DNA of 57,209 nt, counting the filler, from Catajapyx aquilonaris (Eukaryota), in assembly GCA_000934665.2 (NCBI GenBank). It is 3 parts of 3 records of this genome, joined end to end, with 100 filler letters (N's around TTAATTAATTAA, not from the genome) between each part and the next. Parts side by side here need not be neighbours in the genome. Positions count along the whole stretch, not along the records: positions 39,186 to 57,209 come from JYFJ02006799.1; 2 more parts are not named here. The stretch is one strand, 5' to 3'. A model generated the notes under the pieces. That model worked only from the letters and a program-made list of their open reading frames with translations. It had not been told where the DNA came from and did not search any database. Below are positions 45,726-57,209 of this stretch, piece by piece; position 1 is the stretch's first letter, and each line of letters starts with the position of its first letter. The translations under genes were made by a program, and so were the position numbers.

Positions 45726-47522
45726 GGGCAATTCCACGTGAACGTGACCACCTTTTGCACGAAAAAATTTGCCCGTCGATGAGTGTGAGATATGTTTTAG
45801 TCCAGGTCAAGTTATGACCTTTCCCATAAGGATTTGGTCCTCCGATGCGTGGTTGCCCATCTACAGGGGCTAATTGCACTTGGATCACAGTTAGAGGCGC
45901 CCCCCTATTACATTTACATGACAACGTAAATGCATAATGTAATACATGTTTCATGTGTGAAATTGTCTCCTCTTTCCGATAAAAATAGTCACTTTCCGAT
46001 AGCTGTGCAAATTCATGTCACAAAGCGAGATTTTTGCAAACAAATGACATTTTCAAAAAAGAGCCAAAATCAAATGGCATTACATTAATATCAAAATACA
46101 CCTCACAGTGTCCTCTATCAGTGGTACAAACGAAATTTTGGAATATGAAATGGTTCCGTAGCTATAGGTACTGATGTGGAGAGGTGCAGGAGTGCAATTC
46201 CATTATAGTCTACAGGGTGCGGAAATTTAATCTACCTTCGCTTTGGGAAATGATGGAGGGGTTCCAGGCGATCATTTATAGTATATGCAACATGGGTCTC
46301 GGACGCATAATGACCGAGATAATGTGCTTTACACACAATGTATAAAATATCCTGGCACGTATGCGTCCCTCCACGCGACCTTACCTTTGTAATTTAAATT
46401 TAAGGTTTTACTAGGTAATTAATTTAAATTGACTATCCTGGTAGGAGTAGCAGGGAATGGCCTAGGCAATGGAAGTGCCGTAAGCAGTATCCGAAACGTA
46501 TAATATGGGATAATGCACTTTTTTTCATGATAATTATCTCGGTAACTATGATTCGGAGACCCACGATTCACATATTTAAAATGATCGTTTGGAAGCCCCC
46601 TACCATCTCCCAAAGCGAAGGCAGATTAAATTTTCCGCACCCTGTATGGTACAAGATTAGTCTCAACAGTGAATGTTCATTTGGACTCTGACTAGGAACG
46701 AATAGACAATAGAGGAATTAACACACAAATAAAAAGTAGGCTATATGTTTTTTTTATTCTAATTAATCCGTCATATTTTAACACTTGACACTTGTGAAAA
46801 TTGAAACTTTGTTGAACATTACCAAGGAATTTTCATTTATTCTTACTATTCTATGGTAAATACGATTTCGTACTTCACAGTTTGTGAAAGAAGAGAATTT
46901 TTTTTACAATCAACTCCTTCTTCTCATAGTTGGGAATAAAACAATGGAATTGTAATGCTCCAGGGATTGTCCTCGCCATAGAAAATCTTTTGCGCAGTTC
47001 ATCTTTTATTCTCTGGTGATCCACTGATGAGTAAAAAAGAATATCTGTTTCCTCCACTAGCGCAGCGCTCCACGTCAGTACCTATAGCTCCGTAACCATT
47101 TCGTATTCCAAAATTTCGTTTGTACCACTGATAGAGGACACTGTGAGGTGTATTTTGATATCAATGTAATGCCATTTGACTTTGGCTCTTTTTTGAAAAT
47201 GTCATTTGTTTGCAAAAATCTCGCTTTGTGGCATGAATTTGCACAGCTATCGGAAAGTGACTATTTTTATCGGAAAGAGGAGACAATTTCACACATGAAA
47301 CATGTATTACATCATGCATTTATGTTGTCATGTAAATGTAATAGGGGGCGCCTCTAACTGTGATCCAAGTGCAATTAGCCCCTGTAGATGGGCAACCACG
47401 CATCGGCGGACCAAATCCTTGTGGGAAAGGTCATAACTTGACCTGGACTAAAACATATCTCACACTCATCGACGGGCAAATTTTTTCGTGCAAAAGGTGG
47501 TCACGTTTACGTGGAATTGCCC
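45726..47522. mobile_element. Non-autonomous DNA transposon with ~460-bp TIRs and a 4-bp TSD (probably Sola2-type)
   Basis: ACAC|GGGCAATTCCACGT ... ACGTGGAATTGCCC|ACAC. Arms 45726-~46187 and ~47062-47522 are highly similar. The internal minus-strand fragment LRKRFSMARTIPGALQFHCFIP (46875-47057) resembles a transposase C-terminus. Confidence 0.75.
46213..46644. mobile_element. Tc1/mariner-type MITE nested in the previous element
   Basis: TA|CAGGGTGCGGAAATTTAATCTACCTTCGCTTTGGGA ... TCCCAAAGCGAAGGCAGATTAAATTTTCCGCACCCTG|TA, with ~110-bp arms. Confidence 0.88.
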
Positions 47523-47774
47523 ACACATCTATATTCCAAGGTCGAATTTTAATTTTCCCCCCCTGATATCTTACCACATTGATGTCTCAATATATCTTAA
47601 TACATTGATATCTGTATAAATCGATATCTTGATAACTTGAACATCCTGAAAATTCGACACGTCCATATCTTAATTCTTGCATCATCGGTATACTGACATT
47701 ATGACACATTTTTTTAAATATATACCCCGTGCTAGAGCCATAGGCTCTCTTAGGGGAGCCGATTACCACTATCA

Positions 47775-48104
47775 TGCAGGGACAGGGTAGGGATAGGAAG
47801 GGGGGACACTGGTGCATGTGCAATGTCATCAAGTTGGGGGTCGTGTGCAGTCCCTCAGGGGGACCGTTGGCCAAGATGACCCCCTAGATGCGAGTCAGAA
47901 ATTCCCCCACTGACCAGCACCTCCTCCAGGGAGGAAGTAAGCGGCTATGGCCTATTTTACGGTACGATCCCGGAAATATTCCTGGGGCGACCTTGGAAAA
48001 CCACAGAAGACCAAGGTCAGGATCGCCGGCCTCCGGGATTCGAACCCAGGACCTTCCGATTAGCAGTCGGTCACCATATCCACTCCACCACTATTGCTTT
48101 GGTT
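47775..48104 (-). mobile_element. tRNA-derived SINE, copy 2
   Basis: Aligns by eye along its length with 37505-37822. B-box GGTTCGAATCC on the minus strand. Confidence 0.8.
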
Positions 48105-49314
48105 GACACATATAGTTCACTTAATTCTTTACATATCGATAACTTGAAATTTTTGACACGTGGAGTTGGATATATTCACGCTTGATACATCAACATCCTG
48201 ATATCATATACCATAACCCCAACCCTTACCCCATTTCCTAGTATTCCTTGCATCAGAGAACGAAGTAAAAAAAAAATAACAGAAAACTGATGGTGGTGTG
48301 CCTCCCCCTATAACGACTTTAAAAGTTGTATCACAGGGTAAAATAACTTAAATTTAAAAAATTTAAAAAATAACATATACCGTATCGTGATATCTTGGCA
48401 CATCGATATTTTGATATTATGACTCAGCAATATCGTGATGTCACGGAATATCGATATCTCGATATCTGGGCACATTTATATTAGATCTTGGTGCTGATCA
48501 CATCTCTATCTTTATTTCTTTACATAATAATTATTTAAATATTTTAACGATCAGATATCTCGATGTATAAGTTATTTAAAATTTTCATGTCTTGATATCC
48601 CAATATTTCAGTCCATCATTCTCTCAATTTGTTGACCTCTTCACTGTACCCGAATAAGCCCATCGATACCTGACCAAATGCATATATGAAGTGATGCCAA
48701 ATCAACCAGATAGTTTGGCCAGTACCGGTCCTAAACATGCATCCCCTGGAGTCAAAACCTTCCCAAATGAACAAGGCCCGCAAACCAGCTCAAAGGCAGC
48801 CGCCCTTTTACAAAAAAAACAACAACAACCAGAGACCCTGTAGGTCGATGAAGAAAACAAAAATCGATGGTCGGAATGTAGTTGGTCGGACCATAACGTC
48901 ACATTTGGTATGACAGCATCCATTGAGATTCACGAGCAGATAGATGGCACCCCCCTCGCTTTTTAGACGATCAACTCTGGCCATTACTTGGCCGCACAGC
49001 AGCCATTGGGCCGCTTCGCCAGATAAACACCGCCAACAATTCTTTCTCCCCCTCCCTACTCCCACCCACCCATACGGTTCATGCCTCCCCGCCTTGCCCC
49101 ACCGAAAAACCGCAGATGAGAAGGGAAATTGAATTTGGGGGAACGGGAGGTCCTAAGCCTCAAAAACCGACAAAAACTAACAAGCATATGCACAAAAGGG
49201 CTTCAATCAACGCTCCGCAACAATGGAGTCAGCTTTTGGACAAAGAATTTTCAGCGATTAATTGTGGTTAATTCTTAAATGGGTTCTGCTCCTTAACAGT
49301 TATTCAGATACAAA

Positions 49315-50790
49315 ATTTCATCCAAGTCGGTAGATAGAATTTTCGTTCAATTTTTTTGTCCGAAAGTATTCGTCCAAGGATATCCGGTCCAATAAAATTC
49401 TCGTCCAACGATATCTGGTCCGATTAATTTTGTCCAAAAATATCTGGGACAAACAAAATTTGTCGCATGATATCTGGTTCAATAAAATGATTATGTTGTG
49501 AAAGGATATCTGGCCCAATGATATCTGGTGCAATGAACGTCCAACAATATCTGGTCCAATTAATTTTGTCATAAAATATCAGGGACAAACAAATTTGTCG
49601 CATGATATCTGTTTCAATAACATTTTGTGCAAGGATTGTCCAATGAACGTTCAACGATATCTGGTCCAATAAAATACTCGTCCAATAAATACCAGTAGCA
49701 ATTAATTTCGTCCAAAAATATCTGGACCAAAATATTTCTCCGAATGATCTCTGGTTTAGCAAAATTTCGTTCAAGGATATATCTGGTGCAATGAACGTCC
49801 AACGATATCTGGTTGAATAACATTTTTCGTTCAAACATCAGTTCCAATTAAAATTTCGTCCAAAGATATCTGGGTCAAAAAATTTAGGGGAAATTCTTAG
49901 AGGGCTTTGTTCCCTTGTCCAGATGATAGAAATTTTATCAAAATTGTTCGATAGAATTTTCGTCCAACAAATTCGTCCAATAAGATCTGAGCCAACGAAA
50001 TTCCGCTCTAGGATATCAGGTCCAATCAATGTCCAAAGATATCTACTACAATGATATTTTCGTCCAATTTATGTCCAGACATATTGCGTCCACTAAATTT
50101 GTGCTCAATTTTCGTCCAATAATATGTCGTCTAAAGATATCAGCTCCAATATCCAGAAGTGACAAAATTGATCCAAATTGTTCGATAAATTTTTCGTCCA
50201 ACTAATTCGTCCGAAGATATCAGGGCAAACGAAATTCCATCCTAGGACATCGGGTCCAATGAATGTGGAAAGATATCTGCAACAATGAAATTTTCGTCCA
50301 ATTTTCGTGGAAACATTTTCGTCGAATGATATCTACTCCAACGAAATTTGTCCAATTTTCCTGGAAACATTTTCGCCCAATGATATCTTTTCCAACGAAA
50401 TTTGTCCAATTTTCCTGGAATCATTTTCGTCGGAAGATATCTACTCCAACGAAACTTGTCCAATTTTCCTGGAAACATTTTCGTCCAAAGATATCCAACG
50501 AAATTTGTCCAATTTTCGTGGAAACATTTTCGCCCAAAGATATCTATTCCAACGAAATTTGTCCAATTTTCATGGAAACATTTTCGTCCAAATATATCGT
50601 TTCCAACGAAATTTGTCCAATTTTCCTGGAAACATTTTCGCCCAAAGATATCTTTTCCAACGAAATTTGTCCAATTTTCGTGGAAACATTTTCGCCCAAA
50701 GATATCTACTCCAACAAAATTTGTCAAATTTTCGTCCAAAAAATTCCCTCTAAATATTAAATGAAATTTTCGCCCAGTTTTCGTCCAAAT
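49315..50790. repeat. Satellite array: degenerate TCGTCCAA/GATATCTGG units grading into ~8 homogeneous 54-bp units
   Basis: 54-bp unit TCCAACGAAATTTGTCCAATTTTCCTGGAAACATTTTCGCCCAAAGATATCTAC at ~50280-50745. Confidence 0.9.
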
Positions 50791-51939
50791 TATTCCCGTT
50801 TGTTACCATCACAAACAGACCACCATTTTGAAACATCAGCAATCCTCCAAGCAAGCCCAATTTGGCTGACAAAAGAAGCGAAACTAACTCCATTTCTTTT
50901 CCTTATTCCCTCTCAAAAATTTTTTTTTCGAGCCGCCATGTTTGATTGAGACTCACTCCCTGGCAACAAAGGGAAGTCGCCTAACTCGATAATTATTATC
51001 CGTCCATGCTCGTCTCATGCCCGGAAAATCAGATTTTCAACTGGATAGAGAGTAAGGGAAACTCTTCTCCCTCAGCCTCCCTAATGGAGCTTAATTTTCT
51101 CAAATCACGAAGAAAAGTTTTATGAGAGAGAGAGAGAGAGAGATGAGACAAACTTTACATCGCACCAGCTTAATTGTCCCTAGAATTCCTGGATTTTGTA
51201 CCCACCAAATTTTTCCTCCCTCCCCTCCCCTTCCCCAAGTGGGGGTAACACTATACACTATATTGTTACGAAGGAATTTCTGGATGGGAATGTTTCATAT
51301 AAGGAGGGTTGTCTGGCTGCGGCGATTATTGGATACGGTGCTAGAATTTCATTGGTCAGCATGAGGGGGGGGGGGGTGTCTGGATATTAATAAACTGTAT
51401 TCTTGGAAGGGTTGGAATTACGTTGTTATATTAGGATGATGAGGGGAATGGTTATTATAAATTAATATATAACAAACATGGCCGGAATTGTTGAGCAGAA
51501 TAGTTTGAAGTTAATTTGAGGGAATGGTCACCATATATCTTAGCTCTTATATAGATCCTGTTTTTCCTATTCCCATGACTATGTCCAACCAAAATTGCCT
51601 TAGGGGTTGGAACTCTCCTGTAAAGGCTAAGCGATACTGCATTACCCATAAACGTTAATAATGGAACTTGGTTTGTGGTATGGTACTGTACAGTACACAC
51701 GTACTAACAATATGTGCCTGTAGGCCCCCTGCACTATCCAATATCACGGCGAAAGTGGCTGTTACCACCGTACGCCCTAGGGCATAGAAACAATATAGAT
51801 ACGTGTTCGTGGGGAAGGGAAAAAATTGTAAGTTATATTCAGTTACATGCCAGCTACATGTAAGAGTTACTTTCACTGGATTATTGGTTTTTATTTATAA
51901 AAAGCTAGATTAAAAATGATTTTCTCCAAGATACTCTCG

Positions 51940-52211
51940 AGATACATTCTTGATGTATCGATATGTCTATACATTTTGAAACAGATATATCAATATTGCC
52001 TTTCGTGATATATAGATATATCGATATTCGCTTTTTTGGTGTATCGATATCCCTTTTGTAACATATAGATTTATTGATATACCTTTGTAGCATATAGATG
52101 TATCGATATCCCTTTTGTAACATATAGATTTATCGATAAACCTTTGTAGCATATAGATGTATCGATATCTTCAATATCCGCTGGCAACCCCATGTCTGTT
52201 TGGGAAACGCT

Positions 52212-52276
<65 letters not shown>

Positions 52277-52380
52277 ATCCCTTTTTTGGCATATACCTTG
52301 TAGATGTATCGATATTCCCTTTCGTGATATACAGATATTGATATTACCTTTAGCGATGTATCGATATGCCTTCGTGACAT
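51940..52380. repeat. ATCGATA-rich repeat containing a (GAT)n microsatellite (52212-52276)
   Basis: The unit CATATAGATGTATCGATATCCCTTTTGTA (~29-30 bp) recurs. Confidence 0.85.
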
Positions 52381-52659
52381 TCAGGGTGTTCAAAATTCGT
52401 CGGTGTTTTTTATAACTGATATTTCCCAATAGTTAATTTTTGTAGCTTGGGTCTAATATAGCAGTTGGTATAATTATAATCAGGCACCTGGTGAGAGGTA
52501 CAACAAGCTACAAAAAAAACAACTATTGGGCGATATCAGTTCTCAAAAGTGACCCACGAATTTGGACCACCATGTATTGATATGCCTTTCGTGATATACC
52601 GATATTCTTGGGTGACTTCATATTACTAAATCCTCTCTGTTTGTTTTCTCTCTTTCTAG

Positions 52660-52799
52660 GCGAGCATCCGGCTGCCAGCATAGGCGAGCACACAAGTGGC
52701 GCCCAGCGTGGGATAAAAGCCAAGGTCTGGACTAGTTTCCTAACCCCGCTGGTACTGCCCCTGGTGGCGACAACGTGGTTCTTCACCGTCCGAAGATGA
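52660..52799 (+). CDS. Orphan terminal exon, Dpr (defective proboscis extension response)-family Ig protein-like, with a hydrophobic C-terminal anchor
   Basis: Strong acceptor TTTTCTCTCTTTCTAG|G in phase 1. It reads (G)EHPAASIGEHTSGAQRGIKAKVWTSFLTPLVLPLVATTWFFTVRR*. GEHPAA directly after the last Ig domain is typical of Dpr proteins. No upstream Ig exons were found in this contig. Confidence 0.55.
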
Positions 52800-53987
52800 T
52801 ATGGTCGTATCGCAGACCTACCAAACTAATAATTCAACATAAGGATGGCGCCTCTAAAAGTGGATCCAAACTTTTTAAAAACCCGGTGCTTCAACGTCCT
52901 TTGACCCCCTAGTTTTTTTCTCCAGAAAAGACAGGGTGAAAAATAAAAACCAATTTTAAAACCTGACCGATTCTGGTACAATTTTCACCATTACATCGGT
53001 ACCAATTTTTCGACGCTTTACAGTTCCTTTTACGTCACTATTATTTCAAGGTTGTGGACCACGTGTGATAACAGCGAGTGAGGAACAACAATGTGGACTG
53101 GTATAAATAAATTGAGAAGTTGACAAAATTATTTATGTAGAAAATTCAGTGTTATGTGCAAGTACAACTAAATGAGAAAAAAAACAGTGTTGTAGTGCGA
53201 GATAGATTTGTTTAACTGTGGCAAGAAGTTATTTTGCAATCTTCGGAAGTGTGTGGACCGTTATAAAGACAACAGTGCATTATGATCGAATGAGAGTGGA
53301 CTAGTGACCATTGTAGGAAAAAAAAACATCCTCCCCAAAAAAAAATCCCTATCCCTCCTCCCTTCCCCCCAAAAAATTTTTATATAAAAAATGATGTACC
53401 GAGAGAAAAAAAAATGTAGTTTCAGTGATTCGTCGTTAGATTTTCGGTGCAATTTTTCTCTACAGAACTAAATGGGAAAGAACCAAAAAAAAAGTCGAAA
53501 AACTTTCTCAAATTTCCTTCCCCCCCACCTAAAAATCCTGTAGAGAGCAGTTTTTATTTATAAGTGAAAAAAAGCTCATTAAAAAAATTTGTAGATTTAA
53601 TTGTACGCCATTCAGATATACCTAACGTTTCCTTCAACCCCCCAACAATTACCCAACCCTATCTACCCTAAAGCGGCAATAAATGTTTCATATCTGTGTA
53701 GCCGACAGATGGAAATGTTATGTGAATCTCGATGGCCTTAGAATCTTTTGTTTTACGGTATTTCCCCCCTTGAAAAATGAACCTTTCCACCAACTTCTCC
53801 AGACAATTCGTACATAACCATTCCAATCCCCCAAACAGCGCTGTTACGTTCGATTCTTATGGAAGGGTATTTTTGTAATAAAAATAATATCAACGATACA
53901 CTTGTTTTTTTCTGAACTTACCTGAAACTTATTAATTCTTTTTGAAAATATTCGTATTTCCAACCGGCCAGAAGATAAGGGCCCGAA

Positions 53988-54397
53988 CCGCGCAGCCGCT
54001 GGGTCTAGACCAGGTCTTAGAATACTAAGGTCTGGACACTCCCTCTTATCGCCTGCCGTCTCATGGCGCTCTCAGGTGAGCAACTCATGCAAAGCGCCCC
54101 GTTTTGCATGAGTTGCTCACCTGAGAGCGCCATGAGACCTTTCACGGAGACCTACCGGACTACGCTGAACTTTATAGGTACAAAAAGGAAGAGCCATGTT
54201 GGGCCCGCATGTAGCGGCTTCTCTTCTACCTTAATTCAGCCTAGTCCGGTAGGGTCGCCACATAATAGCGCAATCTATGGCGCTCTCAAGTGAGCACCAC
54301 ATGCAAAACGCCCCGGCAAGCGATAAGAGGGAGTGTCCAGACCTTAGTATTCTAAGACCATGGTCTAGACCCAGCGGCTTGCCCAGCGGCTGCGCGG
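53988..54397. mobile_element. Fold-back (palindromic) MITE-like element with an extra internal hairpin
   Basis: Outer arms 53988-54058 and 54314-54397. Perfect 36-bp stem at 54058-54093 / 54103-54138. Inner arms ~54149-54197 and ~54215-54256. Confidence 0.8.
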
Positions 54398-55734
54398 CTG
54401 TGGGCTGGAGCCAAAATGGCCTCCTTTCCTCTGATTTTCTGACACGCTGTATATGCAGTCGTGTTCAAAAGGACTATTGAAATCAATCTCGAGGCTTCCT
54501 GAAGCTCCTTTGTGTGCAGAAAGCAGAGAGAGAGAACTATTGCGCTTCACCCCTGGAATGTATGAAAAGCAAGAGGAGTTTGAGTTGAAGGTATGGAGCA
54601 CAGAGGAAGTCTAAGGGTGGAGTTGTCCCAACTGCCACCTTTAATAGTGTAGTAGGTTCTGTACTTAATTACCCAGGTCGTTATTAAAATTTATTAAGGG
54701 CGGAGGGAAAACCTTGAGGGGCTTTCAACGATTTGCCTGATTAATGTGGATTTTAAGACGCATCCTCTTCATCATTCATTACGAGAGTTTATTAAATTCC
54801 GACTGAGGTTGGTGGAGAACCAGTTTAAGGGTCGGGATGGGCTAGAATAAGGTGCATACTTGTCACCAAGCGCAATATGTAATACAACAATGTGCAAATT
54901 TTTGATTTGGCAAGTTGGTAGTGTTGTACGGTAGAACATAGGTCATTTTGGTGTTTCTCTGTTTTTTTTCAATCCGATTAAATGAATGCTTACTCCAGAG
55001 ATTAACACTATAGAAGTCAGTCAACTTGCATCATGGACACTTGTCACAATAATCAACCAGTATGATTCACAACACATCCTCCAATCACAGAATCCTCTTT
55101 TCAATAATGGAAGGAAAATGAGCATTTTACAAATGAAATTTTCCACATTGTTGGTCTGAAAAATCTGCGGGTCTCGTATCTGCCAAACCTAATTTCGACC
55201 CCCTCTGGTTGAGACAAAGACAAAGTGGATGGACGTCCTAAGAAAGTGTCAAAAAAACTGGAGGATAAGAAAATGGCGGATTTTCTTACCCCAAAGACTA
55301 CTCTTATGGAAGCTTTTAGGCCAATATTTACCTCCGAGTAAACATGAATTTTGGAGAACGTATGGGGTAAGTCTGGCTGGGAAAAGCTGGCCCTGACTCA
55401 AATTGGATTCGCGGGGGTGTTTACAACGCACTAGCTCATGCCCCTTGGGTTATGCACCGAGTTACGCGACAGGAACCCCAGGCCCATACTTACAGGAGGG
55501 GATTTGTGGATTTGTCGGATGAAAGGACCCCAAGGCTCTAGGATAGCTTCCTGGATCATTTCTAAAGGATTTTGATAACAATCTGGGCCTGAAGGACATT
55601 CTCGCAATTATTGTACTCTAGGTGTACTGTATTTACTCTTATATGGCAAGATTTAACTGGTCGTTTCAGATTGAATAGTCCTATGGTTTGAAAATTAACG
55701 TATAGTCTATTAGTAATTTGTGATAATTATAAAG

Positions 55735-56125
55735 TGTTATTTTTCCATTGAAAATATAATTTTTCATTGGTATATTAGTTTTCATTGATTTATTCGTTTT
55801 CATTTGAATTGTTAATATTCACTGAAAATAGTCTTCATTGAAAGCACCTTTCCATTGAAAATATTAGTTTTTAGTGGAAATATAATATTATCCATTGAAA
55901 AATTCCTTTCATTGAAAATATATTTTCATTGAAAATATATTTTCGTTTTCATTTTAAATTGAACATATATTTTCATTTTCATTTTTAAATTGAAAATATA
56001 TATTTTCATTTTCATTTTTGAATTGTAAATATATATTTTCATTTCAATTTTAAATTCAAAATATATTTTCATTTTCATATTTTTCATAGAAAATTTCTTT
56101 ATTCAAGCTCATTTTTATTGAAATT
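55735..56125. repeat. AT-rich degenerate repeat (TTTTCATTGAAAATATA)
   Basis: Directly visible low-complexity array. Confidence 0.75.
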
Positions 56126-57209
56126 CTTATATCATATCAAGTGTTTATTTTTCATCAGATGTTATGCGTGTTGCATTTTCTTATTTATTACCAGCTGGGA
56201 GGGATTGCATTTGCATTATTTAACTTTACCCTAATTAAAAATTAAAAATTACGTGGGTATATCTCAGAATTGTTTATAGTTTTAGCATTTTAGTTCGAGT
56301 TTAAATTTATTCATTCTCATTTTAATTACATGCCATTTTTATTTATAAATTTGATTCATAGCTTACTACGAGAGTACGAGTAATTTATGATTATTTCTTG
56401 TGGTATCTTACGCTTAATTTAAATTTGACGCTGAATTTAATTTTAGGAAAATTCCTCATTTTGAAGCAATTTTTAATAAATGCAACGTTTGTGTACATTT
56501 TACTAACCAACTACACATGCAACCATACCCACACTTGAACATGTCCTTTCCCCAGCCCACTCGTATACGAACGTGACAAAATGTCAAATCGAAATTGTCA
56601 CATTTGCCTCTCCTAAAACAATCTCTTGTTTGTCTCCATACGTGTCAAACGTACCTCTGGACATTTTTTTAAAAATCCGCTTCACCAAAAGCAATAGTTC
56701 CCCCCCCCCCCAAAAAAAAACCCCATCCACAATAGCAGTAAGTGCGTGTACAATTTTCTGGTCACATGCCGACTGCACTCTGTGAACCCCTGGTTCTATT
56801 CAGAGTCTATGGAGCCTAGAATATTGTAATCCCCACGCGCTGGCACGCAGGAACTCACTTCAGAGGTCCAAGCTCTGAAAAAAACTTTTAATTAGCATAC
56901 CCCCAACCATGCAATGAAAAGCGGTCCGATTATATGCCCCCTTCTCTTCATACAACCCTATGGAACTAACCGGGTTGCAAAAATGTCCAAATTTTTTTTC
57001 TGGTAAAAAACTGGGCTTAACTGACAGTGACGTCTGCATTGCGGGAAAATGGAGGTGAAAAAAATGAAACTGGTTGTAAAATATAGGTAGGTTAATTATA
57101 TGATCTATGCACGCAGTCTTCAAGTGTGATGCATGAATAGGCATAAACAATGGTGTGAAAACTACTTATTAAGGCTTGTAACTCACAAAAATCCTGAAAA
57201 TATTGCTCC

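Noticed and set aside
39186..50790. CRISPR-like appearance of the 35-, 21- and 54-bp arrays
   Set aside because: The units are contiguous with no unique spacers, there are no cas genes, and the context is eukaryotic.
45261..52429. Periodic ORFs over satellites and the poly-His/Met/Ile ORFs at ~52.2 kb
   Set aside because: Translations of tandem repeats and a (GAT)n microsatellite.
55229..55372. Short ATG-to-GTAAGT exon candidate (MDVLRKCQK...WRTYG)
   Set aside because: No homology recognised and no downstream partner exon identified.

Overview
Eukaryotic (arthropod-like, probably hexapod) genomic DNA. Two 100-nt linkers (N44-TTAATTAATTAA-N44, at 20940-21039 and 39086-39185) join three contigs, so adjacency across them is not evidence of linkage. 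Contig 1 (1-20939) has the 3' exons of a SPATA7-like gene (+) converging on a 3-exon N-acylneuraminate-9-phosphatase gene (NANP/HDHD4, -). The 9.4-kb first intron of NANP contains a complete 3-exon neurochondrin gene on the same strand, which is the most unusual arrangement in the window. Contig 2 (21040-39085) has a 5-exon, strongly divergent Tre1/Moody-type class A GPCR (+), three tandem saccharopine dehydrogenase-like (SCCPDH) paralogues (-, one with a 2-bp frameshift) and an intronless F-box/LRR-like ORF (+). Contig 3 (39186-57209) is repeat-rich: satellites, a probable Sola2-derived element with a nested MITE, a SINE, a fold-back element and one orphan terminal exon resembling a Dpr-family Ig protein. 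Gene models were built by hand from splice signals and phase consistency. Family assignments are from recalled motifs, not database searches.
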